Positions 25,192 through 32,000 of a stretch of DNA of 32,000 nucleotides are shown here, piece after piece; position 1 is the stretch's first letter; each line of letters begins with the position of its first letter. The position numbers and the translations under genes are program-made. The notes below the pieces were generated by a model. The model was not told where the DNA came from. It made no database searches and saw nothing but the letters and a program-made list of their open reading frames with translations. The DNA is from Acholeplasma laidlawii PG-8A (GTDB taxonomy: Bacteria > Bacillota_I > Bacilli_A > Acholeplasmatales > Acholeplasmataceae): contig NC_010163.1 in NCBI RefSeq assembly GCF_000018785.1, positions 150,001 through 182,000 on the forward strand, in the 5' to 3' direction.

Positions 25192-27891
25192 TGAAAATAA
25201 TTAATATAAAAAAAATAGTAGGTGTACTTGTTATGCTATCTTTAACATTCATGGTATTTGCATCAGCTCCAAAACTTGCTGCAAATACGCCGGTTACCCC
25301 AAATAATACAAAACAAGAGTTTCGTGCAGCATGGGCATCACACCTAATTGGTAGTATGCCTGCATACACGTCAGAATCACAGTTTAAAGCACGTGCAACA
25401 GAAATCCTTGATATACTTGAGTACTATAACTTTAACGCCATTATTATGCACTTACGTACGCATAATAATGCATACTATGTATCTGAGTTAAGTCCTAAGG
25501 CTGCAGCGTTTGCAAATGTGAATTTCAATACCTTTGATCCAATGCTTTGGTTTATAGAAGAAACACATAAGCGTGGTATGGAATTTCACGGATGGTTAAA
25601 CCCATACCGATTAGGTACAAACTATGTAGGCACAATGCCGGCAGAAAACCCTGCAAGTAACCCAGCAAACATTTTAAGTTATAATGGTGCTTCCATCTTA
25701 AACCCTGGTTTACCACATGTAAGGGATTTTGTATCTGACACGATTGTAGAAATATTGGAAAGATATCCGGTAGACGCGATTCATTTTGATGATTATTTCT
25801 ACATCAATTTAGGTGCTAACGGATCAACTAGTGGTTCAAATAATATCTTAAATGAACCAGATCAACAAACATTTGTAACTTATGGCAGTGGATATAATAC
25901 AAGTAGTGCACCTTCCAAAGCAGACTGGCGAAGACATCAAGTAAATCTCATGGTTGAGTCTGTTTCAAACACCATTAAAAACTTTAATCAAGCAAACAAT
26001 ACCCATGTTCAATTTGGTATATCACCAACCGGTATCTATAAAAATGGTAATGGTGTTGTTACGTATGATGGAAATATACCTATAACTTCAGGATCTGATA
26101 CGGGTGGTCAAACACACTATTCAAGTTATTTATTTGCAGACTCAGTTAAATGGGCAACAGAAGGTTGGATAGACTATCTACTTCCCCAAAGTTATTGGGC
26201 AAACTCACATCCTATCGCAAGTTATAACAAAATTATGACTTGGTGGAATGATGTCTTTAAGTATTTAGATGTTAATCTTTATTCTGGTATTGGTATTTAT
26301 ATGGCAGATGGTACGGGTAATACCTACGGCTGGCAAACCAATAACAATGAAATGAAAAATCAATTAGAATTCATTAAAGGCTTGGAAAATGTTCAAGGAT
26401 CTAGTGTCTATAGTTATAACTTTGTAGATAGCGCATATAAAGGTAGTAGCGCAAAATCAGCCACTCAAATGCAAAATGCTAAAAGTACCTGGGGTGATAT
26501 TGCAGTCTTACCTGAGTTAAAGAGTATGGCTCAAATTATGCCCGGTAAAGTTACTAATTTAAAACATGTAAATGGTACCTTATCCTTTAATAAAGCAGTA
26601 GATGCTAAACAATATTATGTGTACCGTTCAAAAACTGCATTAAACTTTACGAATGCCGAAATTGTTGAAGTCATTCGTTCGAGTGATAACATAATAAATT
26701 ACCAGACAGGTGATTTAAATAATGAATATACCTATGCAGTACGCGCATTGTCATACTCTAATACATTAGGTGATGCAGTAACGATATTAAATCCGGCAAA
26801 TGATACAAGATTAAATGTTGTTGAAGGTGCATCGATTCGAACTGCACCAAATGAAACGAATCAATCACTTAGATTCTATGCTCAGTTTGACGATGTACTT
26901 GGTCAAACTGAACAAGGATTTTATATGTAGAAGGTGATGTATCGTTAGCTGAATAAAATCACGAGTCAACGTAGAAACAACCATTCAGTTTTCCATAAAT
27001 GGACAAAGTGTTGTTAAAGTACCTGTAAACGACGTAGATAATACGGGTAAATTTACAACGGTGATTAAAGATATAACGCCTGCTGATTTCAGTAAACTCT
27101 ATACAGTTTTCGGATACTATAAAAAAGGTGGTGTCATTACACTATCTAATAATAAAACAACAAGATCTGTATTAGAAGTGGCGTATAAGATGACCTATGC
27201 AGATCAGGCAACACCACGAATTGAAACGTATACCAATCAATTAAAACTATTTGGTGAAGACGCTTTTGGTCAACTAAGAGTTACAGATAAATATGAGACG
27301 AACCATATAGAACTAGCTAAGGCATTCTTAAAAGACTGGAATACCAAATTTGGTTTAAGTTTAACTCAAATTGATTTAGAATCATTTTATAGTAGTGCAG
27401 TCTATGGTAAGGTAGCTAGTAATAATAGTCTAAGTGGTAGTAGAATTTACGAGTTCTTTAAAGATCAAACTCTTAACTTAAAATGGGGCTGGCTACTAGA
27501 TTATATTGAGTCGGTGGATTCAAAAATTTGGCCATCTAGACAAATTGTAGCACTCAAAGGAAATGGTACAAATCCAGAGTACTCAAATATCTATGAAGGT
27601 AGACACTTTATTACCTCGCTAATTGGATTCTTCAATGGTACACATGCATATGATGGGTTTCCAACAAATGATTTTACAGATGTTACTATGTATGACAATC
27701 TAGCTGATTTTGTCGACAGCATACTGGCAAAACCAACAGCATACCAATACGTATATATAGGTGATGAAGTTAAATTACCTATTCAAAGTAACTCAAATTT
27801 TAGTCACTATCTCATGAATGGTCAAATATATCATGAAGGTGATACACTAATCATTGGAGATAATCTCGTTATTAAACTCGTATTTGATTAA
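25191..27891 (+). pseudogene. Second GHL10 + EGASIR-module paralog, disrupted by two single-nucleotide deletions
   Basis: Frame 0 (25191-26930, 579 aa) is co-linear with the 906-aa paralog up to ...EGASIRTAPNETNQSLRFYAQ...GFYM*. Homology continues in the -1 frame for 9 codons (VEGDVSLAE, 26927-26953). It then continues in the next -1 frame from 26953 (..KSRVNVETTIQFSINGQSVVKVPV...) through the ORF-track 27061-27891 piece to the stop. Signal peptide MLSLTFMVFASAPKLAA. Confidence 0.8.
26816..27888 (+). repeat. Copy 3 of the ~365-aa paralogous module (frameshifted)
   Basis: VVEGASIRTAPNETNQSLRFYAQ...GFY(I)VEGD...SVVKVPV...YETNH..FLKDWN...LKWGWLLDYI...SRQIVALKGNGT. Confidence 0.75.
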
Positions 27892-27900
27892 CATTTTCAT

Positions 27901-27945
27901 ACCACCCATCCTTGAGTCTATTTAGATAAGGATGGGTGGTTTTTA
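27901..27945 (+). terminator. Strong rho-independent terminator closing the accessory block
   Basis: 13-bp perfect stem ACCACCCATCCTT / AAGGATGGGTGGT followed by T5. Confidence 0.85.
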
Positions 27946-28011
27946 TTAAGAGATATCCAACGATGTCTAAGGTAAATAATGTAAAAAAATAACAAATTAA
28001 ACATTAATAAG

Positions 28012-28040
28012 TTGACAATTATCTACCAAAAATATATAAT
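28012..28040 (+). promoter_or_regulatory. Consensus sigma-A promoter of the str operon (rpsL-rpsG-fusA-tuf)
   Basis: TTGACA (28012-28017) - 17 nt - TATAAT (28035-28040). Both hexamers match the consensus perfectly. Confidence 0.75.
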
Positions 28041-28151
28041 ATAACAGGTGTGAAACTTTTATCAGAATTCCACTTAACATCTTGGCTTCACAAGGCCAAA
28101 ATAACAATTATGAAACACATGGACATGTGTTTTAGGAAAGGAAATTAGAAT

Positions 28152-28577
28152 ATGCCTACCATATCTCAATTAGTTACAACTTCTCGTCAAGACAAGAATT
28201 ACAAATCTAAATCTCCAGCATTACATTATGGTTTTAACAGCCTTAAAAAAGAAGATTCAGAATATAATTCACCTCAAAAACGTGGTGTTTGTACTCGTGT
28301 TACTACAATGACACCTAAGAAACCTAACTCTGCATTACGTAAATATGCTCGTGTTAGATTATCAAACGGTACTGAAGTAACAGCTTATATCCCAGGTGTC
28401 GGTCACTCATTACAAGAACACTCCGTTGTACTTGTTCGTGGGGGACGTGTAAAAGACTTACCAGGTGTACGTTATCATATCGTACGTGGTGCTTTAGACG
28501 CGACTGGTGTTGCAAACCGCATGCAGGGTAGATCCAAATACGGTGCTAAGCGTCCAAAAGCCGCTAAGAAAAAGTAA
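28152..28577 (+). CDS. rpsL: 30S ribosomal protein S12
   Basis: 141 aa. MPTISQL...[22 protein letters not shown]...[15 protein letters not shown]. Confidence 0.98.
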   Translation: MPTISQLVTTSRQDKNYKSKSPALHYGFNSLKKEDSEYNSPQKRGVCTRVTTMTPKKPNSALRKYARVRLSNGTEVTAYIPGVGHSLQEHSVVLVRGGRVKDLPGVRYHIVRGALDATGVANRMQGRSKYGAKRPKAAKKK

Positions 28578-28643
28578 TTCATAAATAAATTACAAACTAT
28601 AAAACTCACATTAAAAATCTAGTAAAGGAAGAAGGTGAACAAT

Positions 28644-29114
28644 ATGCCACGTAAAGGACATATCGTAAAACGTGATGTATTACCAGATCCGATTTACAAC
28701 TCCAAATTAATTACAAGAATCGTAAACACAATTATGGAAGATGGTAAAAAAGGAACTGCGCAAGGTATTTTATACGGTGCACTAAACCGTATTAAGGACC
28801 AAACAGGTCGTGAAGCTATTGATGTATTCAATGAAGCTTTAAACAATATCTCACCAATCTTAGAAGTTAGAGCACGCCGTATTGGGGGTCAAAACTATCA
28901 AGTACCAGTTGAGGTTAGACCTGAAAGACGTCAAGCACTTGCATTAAGATGGTTAGTTCAATATGCTAAGAAACGCAACGAGAAAACAATGGAAGAAAGA
29001 TTAGCAAAAGAAATTTTAGACGCTTCTCAGGGCACAGGTGCCGCTGTTAAGAAACGTGAAGAAGTACACAAGATGGCTGAAGCGAATAAAGCATTCGCTC
29101 ACTATCGCTGGTAA
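28644..29114 (+). CDS. rpsG: 30S ribosomal protein S7
   Basis: The ORF track begins at GTG 28635. The canonical S7 N-terminus MPRKG starts at the ATG at 28644, with AAAGGAAGAAGG upstream. 156 aa ending ...AFAHYRW. Confidence 0.96.
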   Translation: MPRKGHIVKRDVLPDPIYNSKLITRIVNTIMEDGKKGTAQGILYGALNRIKDQTGREAIDVFNEALNNISPILEVRARRIGGQNYQVPVEVRPERRQALALRWLVQYAKKRNEKTMEERLAKEILDASQGTGAAVKKREEVHKMAEANKAFAHYRW

Positions 29115-29131
29115 GAAGGGAAGTTAAAACT

Positions 29132-31204
29132 ATGCCACGTCAATATTCATTAAAAATGACTCGTAATATCGGCATCATGGCACACATTGATGCTGGTAAG
29201 ACGACTACAACTGAGCGTATTTTATTCCATACCGGTAAAATCCATAAAACAGGTGAGACACACGATGGTGCATCTCAAATGGACTGGATGGCTCAAGAAC
29301 AAGAGCGCGGTATTACAATTACCTCTGCAGCTACAACCTCTGTGTGGAGAGATCACAGAGTAAACATCATCGATACCCCGGGTCACGTTGACTTCACAGT
29401 TGAAGTGTCTCGTTCATTACGTGTATTAGATGGCGCTGTAACTGTCATTGATGCTCAAGCGGGTGTTGAACCTCAAACAGAAACTGTTTGGCGTCAAGCA
29501 ACCGAATATAAAGTACCAAGAATTGTTTATGTAAACAAAATGGATAAAATTGGTGCTGATTTCAATAACGCTATTAAAACGTTACATAGACGTTTAGGTG
29601 TTAAAGCAAACGCGATTCAATTACCTATTGGTACTGAATTAGACTTCAGCGGGATTATCGACTTAGTCACAATGACTGCAGTTGAATATTCTGGTGATGC
29701 ACTAGAAACAACAAAAGAAATTCCAATTCCTGCACATTTAGAAGAACAAGCAATCGATATGAGAAATGAACTTATCGAAGCTGTTGCAGAATTTGATGAT
29801 GAATTAATGGTTACATACCTTGAAGGTGAAGAAGTTTCAGTAGAATTACTAAAACGCGCAATCAGAAAAGGTGTACTAGCTGTTGAATTCTTCCCGGTTG
29901 TTGCTGGATCAAGTTTTAAAAACAAGGGTGTTAGAAAAGTGTTGGATGCAGTTATTGATTACTTACCTTCACCACTTGATATTCCACCAGTACTTGGTCA
30001 TACATCAGAAGGTGTCGAAGTATATCGTCACGCTGATGATGAAGAACCATTTACAGCTTTAGCATTCAAAGTCATGACTGACCCATTTGTTGGTAAGTTA
30101 ACATTCTTTAGAGTTTACTCAGGTAAAATCAAGAGTGGTTCATACGTACAAAACACAACAAAAGGTGAACGCGAAAGATTTGGTCGTATCTTACAAATGC
30201 ACGCAAATACACGTCAAGAAATTGATGAAGTATATGCAGGTGATATCGCAGCTGCAGTTGGTTTAAAAGTTACTACTACAGGTAATACATTAGCAACACA
30301 AAATGATGATATTATCTTAGAAAGTATGAACTTCCCTGAACCAGTTATTGAAGTTGCTGTTGAACCAAAAACTAAGAATGACCAAGACAAAATGGGTCAA
30401 GCTTTAGCAAAACTTGCTGAAGAAGATCCAACATTCAAAACATATACAAATACTGAAACTGGCCAAACAATTATCGCTGGTATGGGTGAGTTACACTTAG
30501 ATATCCTAGTAGATCGTATGAAACGTGAATTCAAAGTTGAAGCAAACGTTACAGAACCTCAAGTATCTTACCGTGAAACATTAACTGTACCAAATGAAAT
30601 TGAAGCTAAGTTCATCCGTCAATCAGGTGGTCGTGGACAATACGGTCACGTTGTAATTGACTTTGAACCAAACCCAGGTAAAGGATTTGAATTCGTTGAC
30701 AAAATTGTTGGTGGGGTTATTCCAAGAGAATATATTCCATCCGTACAAAAAGGTTTAGAAGAAGCTTTAGGTGGCGGTATCCTTGCAGGGTTCCCTGTTG
30801 TTGATATTAAAGCTACATTAAAATTCGGTTCATACCACGATGTCGACTCCTCTGAAATGGCCTATAAAATTGCTGCAAGTATGGCATTAAAAGATGCTAA
30901 AAATAAAGCAAATGCTGTCATTTTAGAACCAATTATGGATGTTGAAGTTGTTACTCCAAATGATTATGTAGGTAACGTTATTGGTGATATCACAAGCCGT
31001 CGTGGACGCTTGGAAAGCCAAGAAGGTAGAGGAAATGCAATTTCTATTCGTGCCTTCGTACCACTATCAGAAATGTTTGGTTATGCAACATCACTAAGAT
31101 CTAACACTCAAGGTAGAGCAACATTCGTTATGCAATTTGATCACTTCGATAAAGTACCTAAGAGTATTCAAGAAGAAATCATTAAAAAACGTGGTTCAAA
31201 CTAA
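29132..31204 (+). CDS. fusA: Translation elongation factor G
   Basis: 690 aa. [19 protein letters not shown]1 motif, [13 protein letters not shown]. Confidence 0.99.
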   Translation: MPRQYSLKMTRNIGIMAHIDAGKTTTTERILFHTGKIHKTGETHDGASQMDWMAQEQERGITITSAATTSVWRDHRVNIIDTPGHVDFTVEVSRSLRVLDGAVTVIDAQAGVEPQTETVWRQATEYKVPRIVYVNKMDKIGADFNNAIKTLHRRLGVKANAIQLPIGTELDFSGIIDLVTMTAVEYSGDALETTKEIPIPAHLEEQAIDMRNELIEAVAEFDDELMVTYLEGEEVSVELLKRAIRKGVLAVEFFPVVAGSSFKNKGVRKVLDAVIDYLPSPLDIPPVLGHTSEGVEVYRHADDEEPFTALAFKVMTDPFVGKLTFFRVYSGKIKSGSYVQNTTKGERERFGRILQMHANTRQEIDEVYAGDIAAAVGLKVTTTGNTLATQNDDIILESMNFPEPVIEVAVEPKTKNDQDKMGQALAKLAEEDPTFKTYTNTETGQTIIAGMGELHLDILVDRMKREFKVEANVTEPQVSYRETLTVPNEIEAKFIRQSGGRGQYGHVVIDFEPNPGKGFEFVDKIVGGVIPREYIPSVQKGLEEALGGGILAGFPVVDIKATLKFGSYHDVDSSEMAYKIAASMALKDAKNKANAVILEPIMDVEVVTPNDYVGNVIGDITSRRGRLESQEGRGNAISIRAFVPLSEMFGYATSLRSNTQGRATFVMQFDHFDKVPKSIQEEIIKKRGSN

Positions 31205-31290
31205 TCCACTTCACAAAAAATTAGTAATATGATAAAATATCTATTGATAGGCTATTGTATTAATTAAAAATTATAGGAGGCTTTTGCGTT

Positions 31291-32000
31291 ATGGCAAAAC
31301 AAAAATTCGAAAGAACAAAACCACACGTTAACGTTGGAACAATCGGACACGTTGACCATGGTAAAACTACATTAACTGCTGCAATTACATCAGTACTTGC
31401 AGGAAAAGGTTTAGCTACAAAAAGAGATTATAACCAAATCGATGGTGCACCAGAAGAAAAAGCTCGTGGTATAACTATTAACGCATCTCACGTTGAGTAT
31501 GAAACTGTAAACAGACACTACGCTCACGTAGACTGCCCAGGTCACGCTGACTATGTTAAAAACATGATTACAGGTGCTGCTCAAATGGACGGTGCTATCT
31601 TAGTTGTTTCTGCAGCGGATGGTCCAATGCCACAAACTCGTGAACATATTCTTTTATCACGCCAAGTTGGGGTACCTAAATTAGTAGTATTCTTAAACAA
31701 AGCTGACTTAGTTGATGACGAAGAGTTATTAGACTTAGTTGAAATGGAAGTTAGAGAATTATTATCAGAATATGATTTCCCAGGAGATGATATTCCAGTA
31801 ATTAAAGGATCTGCTTTAGGCGCTTTAGAAGGTAAACCAGAATGGGTTGCTAAAGTTGAAGAATTAATGGATGCAGTTGATGCATACATCGATACTCCAT
31901 TACGTGCTACTGACAAACCATTTATGATGCCAGTTGAAGACGTATTCACAATTACAGGTCGTGGTACAGTTGCTACAGGACGTGTTGATCGTGGTATCGT
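31291..32000 (+). CDS. tuf: Translation elongation factor Tu (5' part; continues beyond the window)
   Basis: Not in the ORF track because it is open at the window edge. ATG at 31291 with an [42 protein letters not shown]...[21 protein letters not shown]...NKADLV. Confidence 0.98.
   Translation, partial: MAKQKFERTKPHVNVGTIGHVDHGKTTLTAAITSVLAGKGLATKRDYNQIDGAPEEKARGITINASHVEYETVNRHYAHVDCPGHADYVKNMITGAAQMDGAILVVSAADGPMPQTREHILLSRQVGVPKLVVFLNKADLVDDEELLDLVEMEVRELLSEYDFPGDDIPVIKGSALGALEGKPEWVAKVEELMDAVDAYIDTPLRATDKPFMMPVEDVFTITGRGTVATGRVDRGI

Noticed and set aside
12486-28011. The accessory block as a prophage, ICE, transposon or defence island.
   Set aside because: No integrase, recombinase, transposase, phage structural, restriction, toxin-antitoxin or nuclease-type genes were found. 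I could see no terminal direct or inverted repeats and no tRNA attachment site. The content is metabolic, signalling and surface proteins.
2821-28643. The longer 5' extensions given by the ORF track for rplJ (2821), the methyltransferase (3752), the lipoprotein (23950), rpsG (28635) and the exported protein (GTG 18128).
   Set aside because: In each case an in-frame ATG further downstream has a proper Shine-Dalgarno sequence and yields the canonical N-terminus or signal peptide. The extensions also overlap terminators or leader structures.
15131-31949. Embedded or antisense ORFs 15131-15394, 15742-16056, 18482-18667, 20854-21129, 25160-25369, 29617-29925 and 31581-31949.
   Set aside because: They overlap adhE, the exoprotein genes, the HprK-like gene, fusA or tuf. 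There are no RBS or motifs. The Ser/Ile/Leu-rich translations are characteristic of the wrong frame in AT-rich DNA.
1-32000. Mycoplasma-type genetic code (TGA = Trp).
   Set aside because: The conserved genes are complete without reading through TGA. TGA terminates at least the methyltransferase (4400-4402) and the GGDEF gene (14229-14231) at sensible positions. Trp is encoded by TGG throughout.
1-32000. CRISPR arrays, tRNA or rRNA genes.
   Set aside because: No regularly spaced direct repeats were found in any intergenic region. No cloverleaf-compatible sequences or T-loop consensus occur outside coding regions; a GGTTCGAAT string near 23133 is inside a CDS with no acceptor-stem context.

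Overview
AT-rich chromosomal segment that uses the standard genetic code (TGA is a stop). It is of low-GC Bacillota/Mollicutes type. The ribosomal-protein, RNA polymerase and elongation-factor sequences look Acholeplasma-like, but that taxon call is inference. The backbone is the conserved translation/transcription gene array: rplK-rplA-(long leader)-rplJ-rplL-methyltransferase-rpoB-rpoC, then rpsL-rpsG-fusA-tuf. All of these are on the + strand. Two unrelated minus-strand genes lie at the left edge: a VOC/glyoxalase-fold gene and an HExxH membrane protein. Between rpoC and rpsL there is an accessory block of about 15.5 kb, entirely on the + strand, with no integrase, transposase, tRNA or flanking repeats. 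It contains a small GNAT gene; a membrane GGDEF diguanylate cyclase translationally coupled to a soluble S24/S26-like peptidase, followed by a 3-TM protein; adhE; and an exoprotein cluster. The exoprotein cluster holds an unannotated 43-codon ORF, a 752-aa exported multidomain protein, an HPr-kinase-like P-loop protein, a 906-aa GHL10 (YngK-like) exported glycosidase-like protein, an internally duplicated lipoprotein, and a second GHL10 paralog broken by two 1-nt deletions. A module of about 365 aa (EGASIR...GLRFYA...KWGWLLDY) occurs three times in this cluster. The leads most worth follow-up are: (1) the 43-aa ORF, whose layout resembles a lasso-peptide precursor and which lies near the HprK-like kinase, although no cyclase, protease or RRE gene is in the window; (2) a ~160-aa N-terminal extension of RpoC made of two tandem RpoA-CTD-like helix-hairpin-helix modules; (3) the GGDEF / S24-like peptidase / 3-TM operon. 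No rRNA, tRNA, CRISPR array or mobile element was seen.
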